Virus genome (UHGV): UHGV-0334473
DNA: 37,645 bases
Source: a virus
Direction: 5' to 3' (one strand)
Below the pieces are notes generated by a model. The model was given only the letters and a program-made list of their open reading frames with translations. It did not search any database and was not told the DNA's origin. Made by a program: the position numbers and the translations under genes. Of this stretch, positions 1-9,713 are shown piece by piece; the first letter of the stretch is position 1, and each line of letters begins with the position of its first letter.

Positions 1-88
1 TGTTAATAAATCAATTATCGCTAAAGCTTTATCTAATGAGAAGTTCCGTAAGCTAGAGTTAAGGGCGGGGTCAGCGAACACGAGTAAG
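1..88 (+). CDS. 3' end of an upstream ORF entering the window (partial, ...VNKSIIAKALSNEKFRKLELRAGSANTE*)
   Basis: Open frame from window edge to TAA at 86-88, same strand as following genes; no start visible. Confidence 0.3.
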
Positions 89-91
89 GAT

Positions 92-466
92 ATGAATGGG
101 ATAGGAAGAATATTGGGTCCTTTTTTAGAAATGTTTGAACAATTTGAGGGAACTAATTTTGTTATTGAAATTAGTTCGGGCAGATCGAGAAAAGATTTAT
201 CTGAAGAAAAAATGAAAGAAATAATAACTGCGATTGAGGAAGATAAGAGTTTGTTTAGTTCGGCAATTGTTTCAGCAAAAAAATCAAAAGAAATACCAGT
301 TGAAAAATATGACCTAATAAATGGAAAACTTTATGTATATCGTTCTTTCAATCTGCCAGAAGGCGGATTTTTAAAATCAGATAGCGTTATAGATAATATT
401 AAAAATTATTATTTTCATCCTAGTGAAGGTGGATATAGAAGGCAAGTTATCGAGGCTTTAAAATAA
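92..466 (+). CDS. hypothetical cytoplasmic protein, first gene of a two-gene cassette with the downstream membrane protein
   Basis: ATG preceded by AAGGA; 124 aa ORF; no family recognised. Confidence 0.55.
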   Translation: MNGIGRILGPFLEMFEQFEGTNFVIEISSGRSRKDLSEEKMKEIITAIEEDKSLFSSAIVSAKKSKEIPVEKYDLINGKLYVYRSFNLPEGGFLKSDSVIDNIKNYYFHPSEGGYRRQVIEALK

Positions 467-490
467 TCTAAAGAAGAGTGGTAAGATATC

Positions 491-961
491 ATGAACAAGA
501 AACATCATACGTTTTTTTGGATTTTCCCATTTCTTACAGGTGCTGCGTTTGTTGTGGTATGTTGGCTAACTCAATTTTCCTATACTGATGAAGGATTTGA
601 TAATTTGTTAGATTCTATGATTAATTTCACATCAATTATTATAGGATTCTATTCAGCATTTTATGGAATTCTTATAACGATAAAAGAAACCAGCTTTATG
701 AAGAATATACGGGGTTCTGCTATAGAGAAAAAATTGAAATATCAATTATTTATATCCTTGTTGAGTGCTTTTACAACTTTGATATTATCGATGTTACTCC
801 AAATATTTCAATATAAAGAAACCCTTTTTTCATTTGTAATATTTTATATATGGATGTTCTTCTCAGGCTTATTTATGGCATTGTCTTTACAAACAATAAT
901 TTTGAGTTTGGAGATAGTTTTTGAATCTGATCCTGAAAAGAAAGGGTTCATTAATAAATAA
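491..961 (+). CDS. integral membrane protein (about 4 predicted TM helices), function unknown
   Basis: 156 aa ORF 25 bp after previous stop; four long hydrophobic stretches; followed by intrinsic terminator. Confidence 0.6.
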   Translation: MNKKHHTFFWIFPFLTGAAFVVVCWLTQFSYTDEGFDNLLDSMINFTSIIIGFYSAFYGILITIKETSFMKNIRGSAIEKKLKYQLFISLLSAFTTLILSMLLQIFQYKETLFSFVIFYIWMFFSGLFMALSLQTIILSLEIVFESDPEKKGFINK

Positions 962-968
962 GCACAAA

Positions 969-1000
969 AAGATCACTCTTTGAGTGGTCTTTTTATTTTG
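969..1000 (+). terminator. rho-independent terminator (AGATCACTC-tt-TGAGTGGTCT + TTTTTATTTTG)
   Basis: GC-containing hairpin followed by T-run; nearly identical copy at 1733-1762. Confidence 0.6.
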
Positions 1001-1018
1001 CACAAAGGAGGATTAGAA

Positions 1019-1726
1019 ATGGCTGTGTCATTAATGGATACCTCTTGGGGTCAAGTAGATAATTTTTATTTAGATTCTCCTTTACCGAAACAGTCTATTT
1101 GTTATAATTTAAACAAAAAGATTGAGAAGAGGGAAAAACAAATGGATCCACAATTAGTTGAACTAAGCGCGAGGCTTACCGAGGTAGCACTAAAAACTAC
1201 AGCAACATCAATTTCATCAAAACTTAAAGCTGTAAAACAAAGCAGAGATGATAAAAAAATAATTGCTGAAATGAACGATATGATTTATGAATTGCTTGAT
1301 GATAAACAGGAGTTAGAAGCCATAGCAAAATCTTACCAAGAAGAATTCATCGCACAAAAATTGAGTGAAGACGATCTGAAGTATATTTCCTCAACTGTTT
1401 TACCAATTATGAAAAAATTTCTTGAAGAATTAGCCGAAACACAAGAAGTAGAAGAGCGATTAAAGACAATAAAATTAATTGAATCTTTGGATGCATTTGA
1501 GTCACTGCTATCCATAAATACTTTAAATGTTCTTCAGCTTATTGGATTTAACTTCAAAAAAGGAATTGGCGAGCCATTAACTGAGTTAATCAAAAATTCT
1601 ATAAATGGTTCAAATAAAAAAGATCAGATAAAATATAACGAACTTATTGCGGAAAGGGATATTGAATACTTCAAATTGATCCAAGATAAAGAAGCATATG
1701 ATCGGTTTATGAGTTTAAGGAATTGA
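1019..1726 (+). CDS. hypothetical alpha-helical protein (235 aa), terminator-flanked cassette gene
   Basis: ATG at 1019 with AAGGAGG 8 nt upstream (track start 980 is a TTG inside the terminator hairpin); no family recognised. Confidence 0.55.
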   Translation: MAVSLMDTSWGQVDNFYLDSPLPKQSICYNLNKKIEKREKQMDPQLVELSARLTEVALKTTATSISSKLKAVKQSRDDKKIIAEMNDMIYELLDDKQELEAIAKSYQEEFIAQKLSEDDLKYISSTVLPIMKKFLEELAETQEVEERLKTIKLIESLDAFESLLSINTLNVLQLIGFNFKKGIGEPLTELIKNSINGSNKKDQIKYNELIAERDIEYFKLIQDKEAYDRFMSLRN

Positions 1727-1732
1727 TAATGA

Positions 1733-1762
1733 AGACCACTCGCTGAGTGGTCTTTTTATTTT
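1733..1762 (+). terminator. rho-independent terminator (GACCACTC-gct-GAGTGGTC + TTTTTATTTTG)
   Basis: Perfect 8-bp stem plus T-run; direct repeat of the 969-1000 element. Confidence 0.7.
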
Positions 1763-1778
1763 GAAAGGAGTTTTATCT

Positions 1779-1991
1779 ATGAATGAAAACCAATTAAGAG
1801 AATTATTTAAAACGAATGAAGCAAACCAAACCATGGAGGCGACATTCTATGAAACTCAAAAAAGCTTAGCGTTAATCGCAAAACAAGCTAAGTATTTCTA
1901 TGACCAGCTTATTCTACAAGGGTTTAATGAAGGACAGGCTATGGAATTTATGATGCGAACCTTTTCTGCCAGTAACCAACAGAAAGAGTGA
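1779..1991 (+). CDS. hypothetical small protein
   Basis: ATG at 1779 after AGGAG; 70 aa. Confidence 0.45.
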   Translation: MNENQLRELFKTNEANQTMEATFYETQKSLALIAKQAKYFYDQLILQGFNEGQAMEFMMRTFSASNQQKE

Positions 1992-1997
1992 TACATA

Positions 1998-2228
1998 ATG
2001 AGAAACTACTGGTATGTATCACTAACTAATGAATATCCTCGAACCATTGATGATTGTTCAGTGCGTGTTGTGCGTTCTGTACAAATCAAAGGGAAGTACT
2101 CTATTGTCGAAATGGGGAGAGAAGCAACACCAAAAGAGATTGATGCGTGCAAGCTCGTTTATTGCGGTCATGGTTTCTATGATGAACCAAACATTCAAAA
2201 TAATATTAACAAGAATTTGAGGGATTAG
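1998..2228 (+). CDS. hypothetical protein (possibly truncated; coding-like sequence continues in the -1 frame to about 2340)
   Basis: 76 aa ORF; downstream frame 2210-2340 has coding-like composition but no start. Confidence 0.4.
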   Translation: MRNYWYVSLTNEYPRTIDDCSVRVVRSVQIKGKYSIVEMGREATPKEIDACKLVYCGHGFYDEPNIQNNINKNLRD

Positions 2229-2386
2229 AATGCAAGAAATGGCTTAAAAATCTCCAATCAGGACAAATCAAGTTAGACAAAGTTTCCGATTTAAAGATAT
2301 TGATTGAAGCTGATTTAATGCTAAAAGATATTGAAAATTAGAAAACAAAACTCAACCTAAGAAGATTGCGAGGTGGTGTGTATTGA

Positions 2387-3229
2387 ATGGCAAGAAAACG
2401 TGACCCGAGGCGTGATGAAGCATTTGAATTGTTTAAAAAGTTTAATGGAACAATAACTAACCGAGAAATTTCTGAAAAGTTATCTGTTCCAGAAAAGACT
2501 ATCTCAGCATGGAAATCACGTGATAAATGGAATGAAGTGCTACGAAAAGATGAATGTAGTACTTCAAATAATGAATGTAGTACTACGAATAAGGGTGGCG
2601 CACCTATCGGCAATCAGAATGCCATAGGTAACAAAGGAAACAGCAGAGCATCACCACCTAAGAGAAACAAGAATGCTTTGAAAACAGGCGAATATGAAAC
2701 AATATTCTTTGACACGTTAAGCGATGACGAAAAGGACATCTATTCAAGTTTGGATGATGATCCTTCTTTTGTTTTGTCTGAGGAAATACGGTTGTTAAAG
2801 ATACGCCAGTTACGAATGATGAAACGGATAAAAGAAGCCGAGTCAGGTTTAAACGATGAAGAGGTTGATCGCCTGCAACAAATGCGAAAGATTAAAACGC
2901 CAATCGAAAAGGATGGTAAAAAGCTAGAAATCAAGCGTGAGGTTATGCAAGATGTGCAGATTAGCAGAAAAACACATCGCAAAATTGATGATATTCTTTC
3001 AATTGAAGATTCATTGACTCGGATTAGCAACCAGTTAGCTAAAGCCATCAAGCAAATGAATGAGCTTTATATGAATGAATACAGAACTGATTTAATTAAA
3101 GCTCAGACTGATAAGATTCAAGCTGAGACAAATGAAATTGGCGGAAATAATTCAGGTGAAGAAATAGAGGAATGGAAACAGGCAGTTTTAAATGCCGCAA
3201 ACAAACGGGCGGTGAAAGAAAATGAATAA
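2387..3229 (+). CDS. terS: terminase small subunit
   Basis: N-terminal motif MARKRDPRRDEAFELFKKFNGTITNREISEKLSVPEKTISAWKSRDKWN typical of Firmicutes phage TerS with HTH; overlaps terL start (ATGAATAATGA). Confidence 0.85.
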   Translation: MARKRDPRRDEAFELFKKFNGTITNREISEKLSVPEKTISAWKSRDKWNEVLRKDECSTSNNECSTTNKGGAPIGNQNAIGNKGNSRASPPKRNKNALKTGEYETIFFDTLSDDEKDIYSSLDDDPSFVLSEEIRLLKIRQLRMMKRIKEAESGLNDEEVDRLQQMRKIKTPIEKDGKKLEIKREVMQDVQISRKTHRKIDDILSIEDSLTRISNQLAKAIKQMNELYMNEYRTDLIKAQTDKIQAETNEIGGNNSGEEIEEWKQAVLNAANKRAVKENE

Positions 3230-4637
3230 TGAATTTATTCCTTTTGCTGATATTGGTGCTGCCATTGATTATTACTATGATAAACCAGTAGCTTTTTGCC
3301 AAGATATTTTGCATTTGAATCCTGATGAATGGCAAGAAAATGTTTTAAATGATTTAGCTGAATTTTCAAAGGTTTCTGTTCGTTCTGGTCAAGGAGTTGG
3401 AAAAACAGCATTAGAAGCAGGAGCAATACTTTGGTTCTTAACGTGTCGACCCTACGCTAAAGTAATAGCAACAGCTCCGACAATGAAGCAACTTTACGAT
3501 GTACTTTGGGCAGAGGTAGCTAAATGGTTAAATGATAGCTTGATCAAAAACTTACTGAAGTGGACAAAGACTAAAATTTATATGGTTGGTGATTCAGAAC
3601 GTTGGTTTGCTACGGCTAGAACAGCGACTAAACCAGAAAATATGCAAGGTTTTCACGAGGACCATATGTTGATTGTGGTAGATGAAGCTTCTGGTGTGTC
3701 TGATCCAATTATGGAAGCTATTCTTGGTACGCTATCAGGTTTTGATAATAAGCTGTTGATGTGTGGAAACCCCAATAATATTGAAGGTGTCTTTTATGAT
3801 TCCCATAATTCAGACCGTGATAAATACAGAGTTCATAAAGTATCAAGCTATGATAGTAAACGTACAAACAAAGACAATATAGAAATGATTCTTAAAAAAT
3901 ATGGAAAAGAAAGTGATGTTGCTCGTGTCCGTATTTTTGGAGAATTTCCGAAAGGTGCGTTGGATTCATTTATCAGTCTTGAAACAGTTGAATTGGCTAC
4001 AGAAAAACAAATTAGTGATTCTTTAGTCAATAAAACAAAGGTTGCTCATATTGGTGTCGACGTAGCTCGATATGGTGATGATTCTACGATTCTCTTTCCT
4101 AGAATTGCTACCAGGGCATTGGAGTATGAGAAGTATTCAAAACGTAGCACCATGGAAACAACAGGATATGTCATCAACATGGCCAAGAATCTAATGAGTC
4201 AATATCCGAGTATTGATAAAGTGATGATTAAAGTCGATGACACTGGTGTCGGAGGTGGTGTAACCGACCGCCTAGAAGAACTTATAGAAGACAAACATTA
4301 TCCTTTTGAGGTGTTTGGAGTGAATAACGGTTCAACATCAGAAGACGATTTTTACGATAATTTAGGTACTCAACTATGGGGAAACATCAAGGAAATGTTA
4401 GAAGAAAATATGACAGCAAATCTTAACGGAGAACAGCCAATTATTGAATTGCCTGATGATGGATCGTTGATTAAAGAACTGAGTACACGTAAATTCAAAA
4501 TGACGAGTAGAAGTCGTATTCGTTTAGAAAGTAAAGATGATATGAAAAAGCGAAACATTGGTAGTCCAGATATTGCTGACGCGTTGGCTTTAGCATTTTA
4601 TGAGCCACCAAGTCACTATCAATTTATTCAATTTTAG
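3222..4637 (+). CDS. terL: terminase large subunit
   Basis: 471 aa; Walker A-like GQGVGKT; acidic ATPase/nuclease motifs; position after terS. Confidence 0.9.
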   Translation: MNNEFIPFADIGAAIDYYYDKPVAFCQDILHLNPDEWQENVLNDLAEFSKVSVRSGQGVGKTALEAGAILWFLTCRPYAKVIATAPTMKQLYDVLWAEVAKWLNDSLIKNLLKWTKTKIYMVGDSERWFATARTATKPENMQGFHEDHMLIVVDEASGVSDPIMEAILGTLSGFDNKLLMCGNPNNIEGVFYDSHNSDRDKYRVHKVSSYDSKRTNKDNIEMILKKYGKESDVARVRIFGEFPKGALDSFISLETVELATEKQISDSLVNKTKVAHIGVDVARYGDDSTILFPRIATRALEYEKYSKRSTMETTGYVINMAKNLMSQYPSIDKVMIKVDDTGVGGGVTDRLEELIEDKHYPFEVFGVNNGSTSEDDFYDNLGTQLWGNIKEMLEENMTANLNGEQPIIELPDDGSLIKELSTRKFKMTSRSRIRLESKDDMKKRNIGSPDIADALALAFYEPPSHYQFIQF

Positions 4638-4648
4638 GAGGTGTGCTT

Positions 4649-6178
4649 TTGATTAGTACAGTATTATCTTTAGAGAGATATAAGAAGCTACGTGTTAAAT
4701 ATGCAACCCAAATTGAAGATGGAATGTTTGATCCGAATGGTTTTATAGAAGATATGAAACCATTTTTTGCTGATCGTGAAAGAAAATATCTAGCATATAC
4801 TAGCGAAAAGAATGAAATAGACAAAAGACCAAAGCCTAACACTGATATTGTAAAGGTTAATAATAAACTTCATGCTGGTATGTATTCTATTGTCGTAGAC
4901 CAAGCAGTCAATCATTTTACTGGTATACCTATCAAATGGGATTACGATGTATCGGAACAAAAAAGAACACTCATTCAAAGATTAAAAGATAAATTCTTAA
5001 AAAATGATATAGAACTTCCGACAGTTCCAGAAGCTTTTAACAAATTAACAAGCAATCTTGATTCCATGAGATTCGCAATGCTTGATTCTGAAACTGCAAC
5101 TTTTCAAGGAGCTTGTGGAGTAGCTTTCCGATTGTTAGAGCCTGTGGAAGAAGATGATGGTTGGAAGTTAAGAGCAAGTAATATTGAACCTTGGAGAGCA
5201 GAAAGATATGGAAATGCCGGAATCTATATCAAAGAAAAGTATGACTCTTACCAGAAAAAATTTTTTCAAGAAATGAAAGTTATGACAAGAAATAAAATTC
5301 TGACATATGCTTGCTATGGTGATTTGAATTTTGTTACAAGCGGAACGTTCAAAAAAATTGATGAGACCGATAACCCTTTGGGGACGATTACCTTGGCAGA
5401 ATTTAAAAATAATACGAATCGTTATTGTGATTTTGAAGTAGCTGAGGAAATTGGAGATGCAATTGATCGTGCTTTGTCTGATCAACAAAACGAAATCGAA
5501 CAATTTAAGCTTGCGTACATGCTTGTTACTGGCACAACAATGAGCAAAGGCACTGCTAAAGAAATGATGAATCAGCTAGGGATTATCAACTTAAAAGACC
5601 CTACTGCAAAAGCTGAATATGTCACAAAAAATTTAGCAAAAGATTTCAATGAATATCATATGGATCTATTGAAAAAACAGTTTTACACCATTTGTAAAGC
5701 AATCGATTTTAACGATGAGGTGTTTAAATCAAACAGTTCTGGAGAAGCTCGCAAGTGGCAAATCATTAGCCTAGAAGCGAAAACAAATACTAAAGAGCAA
5801 TATTTTAGAGAAGGATTGAAAGAATGCGCAGAAACAATTGCTGCTTTTCTTAAGTTTCATGACAAAGTAGAAATTGAGCCTGAAAAAATTATTTTTACTT
5901 TCTCTAGATCTTTGCCAACTGATTTAAGTTATTTAGCTGAAGCTTTACCTAAACTTGCACCATACGTATCCAAACGAACTATTCAGAGCCAAATTCCATT
6001 TGTAACAGATGTTGATTATGAAAATGAAATGATGGAATTGGAAAGTGGAAGTGCTTATCCAGATAGTGAATACAATTTTGGCGGAGGTGGCAATAGTGAC
6101 GATAGAAACGAAGTATTGGACCAAACGTCGAGAACTGGAGGATCAAGCAAGGCTCAAACAAGAAAATCAGACACTTAA
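4649..6178 (+). CDS. portal protein (SPP1 gp6-like)
   Basis: About 510 aa ORF directly after terL; TTG at 4649 is 7 nt after AGGAGG (track start 4643 is GTG abutting the SD). Confidence 0.8.
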   Translation: MISTVLSLERYKKLRVKYATQIEDGMFDPNGFIEDMKPFFADRERKYLAYTSEKNEIDKRPKPNTDIVKVNNKLHAGMYSIVVDQAVNHFTGIPIKWDYDVSEQKRTLIQRLKDKFLKNDIELPTVPEAFNKLTSNLDSMRFAMLDSETATFQGACGVAFRLLEPVEEDDGWKLRASNIEPWRAERYGNAGIYIKEKYDSYQKKFFQEMKVMTRNKILTYACYGDLNFVTSGTFKKIDETDNPLGTITLAEFKNNTNRYCDFEVAEEIGDAIDRALSDQQNEIEQFKLAYMLVTGTTMSKGTAKEMMNQLGIINLKDPTAKAEYVTKNLAKDFNEYHMDLLKKQFYTICKAIDFNDEVFKSNSSGEARKWQIISLEAKTNTKEQYFREGLKECAETIAAFLKFHDKVEIEPEKIIFTFSRSLPTDLSYLAEALPKLAPYVSKRTIQSQIPFVTDVDYENEMMELESGSAYPDSEYNFGGGGNSDDRNEVLDQTSRTGGSSKAQTRKSDT

Positions 6179-7148
6179 AAAATTAACTAGTGTATTTCCT
6201 GAAGCACTGAAAGAGATACAAGCAAAACTATTATCACAAGCTGACTTACACAATATCACTTATCCAGAAATGATGGAGTTTTATAGTACAAGTAATCAGA
6301 AAAAATATCGTGAATATGTGGAAAAAAATTATAAGTCATTAAAAATGTATGATGCAAAATACAAAGAGTTTATCGATGAATTTTTTCCACCATTTGACTA
6401 TGCAAAAGTCAATCGCTTATTACAAATACGATCAGATGTATTTAAAATTCTTGCAGAATATGCGATGGATGCAGATGTGAATCAATATTTTTCTGATCGC
6501 TTAGAGGAAATTCTTCAAAGAACATATTCTTCTAATGCTAATGTTTTTGTTCAACTTTTAAACGTTGATATACCAAATTATTTACCAGAAAATGAAATTA
6601 AACATTATTTGAACTATCCATGGTCAGGAAAGACATTTTCAAGAAGACTTTGGGGAAATATTTCATCGCTTGAACAGAAACTCTCTAATGCTATTGTAAA
6701 AAGTGTTGCTAGTGGAGAAGGCGTTATACACGCATTAAACACCATGAGATTAGACTCAGAAATTTGTGACATGTTTAAGTTAGAAGAATCAAAGTATAAC
6801 AAAGCGATAGAAAATCTCGTTCGAACGGAGTATGCAAAATTTGCACAAGATGGTATTGAAAAATCATATTTAGAAACAGGTATTGAGGAATACAACGTAT
6901 TGACTGCAAAAGATGAGAGAGTTTGCCGGATTTGTGGAGGAAAGGCAAGTAAGAATCCCTATAAACTGAAAGATGCTGTCATAGGTGAAAATCGAGCACC
7001 TTTCCATAGTCGTTGTAGATGTACGGATGTTCCTAATTTACCAAAATTAGGAAAGGATATTGATGAAGAATATGACCGTTTATTTGGCGATTTATTAGAT
7101 GAGTTTGCACATGATTCTTTTGGAATTAATTTGAAACGGAGGAAGTAG
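6096..7148 (+). CDS. head morphogenesis / minor capsid protein (SPP1 gp7 / Mu gpF-like)
   Basis: C-terminal zinc-ribbon-like CRICGGK...RCRC motif; GTG at 6096 after GGAGGTGG, track ORF begins 6045 overlapping portal. Confidence 0.75.
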   Translation: MTIETKYWTKRRELEDQARLKQENQTLKKLTSVFPEALKEIQAKLLSQADLHNITYPEMMEFYSTSNQKKYREYVEKNYKSLKMYDAKYKEFIDEFFPPFDYAKVNRLLQIRSDVFKILAEYAMDADVNQYFSDRLEEILQRTYSSNANVFVQLLNVDIPNYLPENEIKHYLNYPWSGKTFSRRLWGNISSLEQKLSNAIVKSVASGEGVIHALNTMRLDSEICDMFKLEESKYNKAIENLVRTEYAKFAQDGIEKSYLETGIEEYNVLTAKDERVCRICGGKASKNPYKLKDAVIGENRAPFHSRCRCTDVPNLPKLGKDIDEEYDRLFGDLLDEFAHDSFGINLKRRK

Positions 7149-7149
7149 A

Positions 7150-7467
7150 ATGAAAGATTTTTTTGAAGCAGTACTAACAATTAATGTAAATGCTGATATT
7201 GCAGAAGCCTACAAAACAGCTATTGAGTCTGAGAACCATCCTAATGGCTTGAGAGACCATTGGAATGGCAATTATGCCTACGTGGTTATTGGCGATCAAA
7301 CTGTTAATTATCAAGATAATACTCCAGTTGATAAGAATACCGTTAATTTAACGATTCAATTATTATCTCATTCATTACCAAATTTAAAAGAAACAGTTGA
7401 TTGGTATGAAAAGATGGGATGTATTGTTGTTAGAACTGACTACAAAGAAGGAAAGTCTAGTAATTAG
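7150..7467 (+). CDS. hypothetical protein
   Basis: 105 aa ORF between head morphogenesis and scaffold genes. Confidence 0.5.
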   Translation: MKDFFEAVLTINVNADIAEAYKTAIESENHPNGLRDHWNGNYAYVVIGDQTVNYQDNTPVDKNTVNLTIQLLSHSLPNLKETVDWYEKMGCIVVRTDYKEGKSSN

Positions 7468-7481
7468 GCTTTTTTATTTTG
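7454..7481 (+). terminator. intrinsic terminator (AGTCTA-gtaat-TAGGCT + TTTTTTATTTTG)
   Basis: Hairpin with G-U wobble followed by T-run; same T-tail motif as other terminators in the window. Confidence 0.5.
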
Positions 7482-7594
7482 TCCGAAATGACGTTAAACT
7501 AGCGCAATACTGGGCTTGGTTGAATGGTGGGGCGCAACTATTAAAACTCAAAGCAATGCGGGGCGTGAAAACGAATCGTGGGGCGAAAGGAGAA

Positions 7595-8217
7595 TGAGCA
7601 TGAAACACAAATCATTAATGCCAATGAATTTGCAATACTTTGCCGAAGGTGACGATCAAAAGTTTTCTTTTGATGACTTCAAATCTTTTGTGGAATCCAA
7701 TGAAGAAGCTCAAAAATTTATTCAGTCACAATCTCAAAGTGTTGCCGACAAACAATTGGAAGCTTGGAAACAAAATAACTTAGATAAAATTAAACAGGAT
7801 ACCATCAAGGAATATGAGGAATCTAAGAAAAACAAGTCACCTGAGCAAATTCAACTGGAAAAACTACAAGCTGAATTTGAAGCAGAAAAAGCGTTGCGTG
7901 TGACAAGTGATAATAAAGCATTTGTTGCAGAACAAATTGCTGGATTAGAACTAGATGGAGAGTTAAAAGAGTCTATTTCTCAATTTATGCTAAATAATCT
8001 TGTTAGTTCGGATACAGATTTCACTAAGAATGCTGTTGAAGGTTTTACAAGTGTTTTGAATGCAATTAATGAGAAACATGCAGATGCATTAAAAGAACTA
8101 CAAATGAAGTCTGCATTTGGTGGAACTCAACAATCGAATAACCAGGTTCAGCAGAACAATGAAACATTAACAAATCCAGAAGAACAATTAGGACAAATTC
8201 TTCAACAATTTAACTAG
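7595..8217 (+). CDS. capsid scaffolding protein
   Basis: ATG after AAAGGAG; MSMKHKSLMPMNLQYFAE N-terminus and acidic/coiled-coil content typical of Firmicutes phage scaffold; located before major capsid gene. Confidence 0.7.
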
Positions 8218-8231
8218 GAGAGTGAAAAATT

Positions 8232-9122
8232 ATGAAAAAAACATCTTTAAATAATTTAGAGTATTTGGATATTTCACCAGCGATTAATGCTATGCAAGTA
8301 CCAAATACACCTTTTTTAAGCTATTTACTTGGTGCTGGAAAAACAGAGCCAGCAAACTCGACAGAAATTAAATGGCGTGAATATGATATCAACAACGATG
8401 ATTCTTCTGAAAAACTTGAGGGCGGAGAATATCCAGATGCTGAATCAGGTCGAACTTGGTTTAACAACTATACTGAAATTTTTAGAAAATCAACCTCTGT
8501 ATCTGGTACATTAGATGCTATTAATGTGAATGGAGTCGGAAATGAATTAACTAATCAAGTAGCACTACGTGGTATGGAAATGAAAATTGATTTGAACCGA
8601 AAATTGATTACTGGTGTAAAAGCTGATGAAAATGGTTCTAAAGGTCGTCGAATGAATGGGATTTTGAACTTGATCAATTCAGCAAATAAGGCAGAAACAG
8701 CCACTGCGGGTGCAGTAACAAGAAAAGATATCGATACTTTATTTAAATTGATGTATGAAAAAGGTTATATGGGAGAAAAACTATGCTTGATTTCTCCAGA
8801 TATGCAGGAGTTAATGACTGATGAGTTAGATGGAAAATCAACAAAAATTGTTCAGTTCGGGGAAAGAGTAACTTTTGGATTGCAAATTGGAAATATCGTG
8901 TCTAATTACGGTACAGGTATTGCTCTACTAGAACCATCATTGCCAAAAGGAACAATTGCCGCAATCGATACTAATTATGTGAAACTACGTCCATTACGTG
9001 AATGGAGAGCAGAAGAACTTGCAAAAACAACGGATTCTAGACGTATCGGTCTTGTAGGTGAATACTCTCTTGAATACAATGCTTCAAACTCTGGGGCAAT
9101 TTTAAATTTAAAGTCTGAATAA
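8232..9122 (+). CDS. major capsid protein
   Basis: 296 aa ORF after scaffold, followed by a strong intrinsic terminator. Confidence 0.8.
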   Translation: MKKTSLNNLEYLDISPAINAMQVPNTPFLSYLLGAGKTEPANSTEIKWREYDINNDDSSEKLEGGEYPDAESGRTWFNNYTEIFRKSTSVSGTLDAINVNGVGNELTNQVALRGMEMKIDLNRKLITGVKADENGSKGRRMNGILNLINSANKAETATAGAVTRKDIDTLFKLMYEKGYMGEKLCLISPDMQELMTDELDGKSTKIVQFGERVTFGLQIGNIVSNYGTGIALLEPSLPKGTIAAIDTNYVKLRPLREWRAEELAKTTDSRRIGLVGEYSLEYNASNSGAILNLKSE

Positions 9123-9146
9123 AAGGGAGTTAGTACTCCCTTTTTT
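9123..9146 (+). terminator. intrinsic terminator after capsid gene (AGGGAGT-tagt-ACTCCCT + T6)
   Basis: Perfect 7-bp GC-rich stem and T-run. Confidence 0.65.
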
Positions 9147-9360
9147 GATAGGAGGAATTACAGTGGTAAAAAAAGATGAAACTAAAAAAGATGAAGTCGT
9201 GAAATATAGAGTAGGTAAAACTAAAAATTTTGTTGGGTTTGTTCATCCTAAAACTCGTAGATTTATCACAGCAGATTCAAATAACGAATTTATCATTTCT
9301 ATAGATGATAAAGAAGCAATTGCAATTTTGGAAGATGCAATTGATGTTAATGAAATTTAG
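9145..9360 (+). CDS. hypothetical small protein (true start may be the GTG near 9163, after AGGAGG)
   Basis: Track ORF 71 aa; AGGAGG lies inside the ORF upstream of an in-frame GTG. Confidence 0.4.
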   Translation: MIGGITVVKKDETKKDEVVKYRVGKTKNFVGFVHPKTRRFITADSNNEFIISIDDKEAIAILEDAIDVNEI

Positions 9361-9371
9361 GAAGTGATCTG

Positions 9372-9713
9372 ATGGATGAATCGCTAAAAACGGAAATCAT
9401 TGAGTCTACAAAAGAAGATTTTCCAGATTTGAGTGAAGAACGCATAACTAATTTATTAGAAATAATTTTGCTAGAAATTGAATCATACAACACTTGTAAA
9501 AATGATATTTCATGGGAAAAGTTAAAAAGCGTGATTAGTGAAGTGTTGTATAAAATAATAAAAAATGAATCAGAAAAAACAGTATCTTCAGTTAGACGTG
9601 GCGATACAACGATTAGTTATGCTTCAACAACAAATGATGTTAGTGAGTTACTTCTAGGCTATGGTGATTTGATACGAAGAGTTATTGGTTGTGGAGGATT
9701 GGAGTTTTTTTAA
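9372..9713 (+). CDS. head-tail connector protein (gp6/gp15-like)
   Basis: 113 aa; position and size; TAATG coupling with next gene. Confidence 0.55.
   Translation: MDESLKTEIIESTKEDFPDLSEERITNLLEIILLEIESYNTCKNDISWEKLKSVISEVLYKIIKNESEKTVSSVRRGDTTISYASTTNDVSELLLGYGDLIRRVIGCGGLEFF

Noticed and set aside
1333-1515. Antisense ORFs within genes (for example 1333-1515, 2338-2613, 2740-3051, 13230-13457, 13726-13968, 14073-14459, 16710-17180)
   Set aside because: They overlap well-supported plus-strand genes, lack SDs, and are rich in low-complexity residues. Treated as spurious.
7527-7585. G-quadruplex formed by the GGGG runs
   Set aside because: Only three GGGG tracts, with 20-30-nt loops. This is unlikely to form a stable intramolecular G4.
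7516-7594. Upstream extension of the scaffold ORF (track start 7516) and ORF 7397-7597
   Set aside because: The extension spans the G-rich non-coding leader, and the true start is the SD-preceded ATG near 7595; 7397-7597 overlaps the end of gene 7150-7467 and a terminator.
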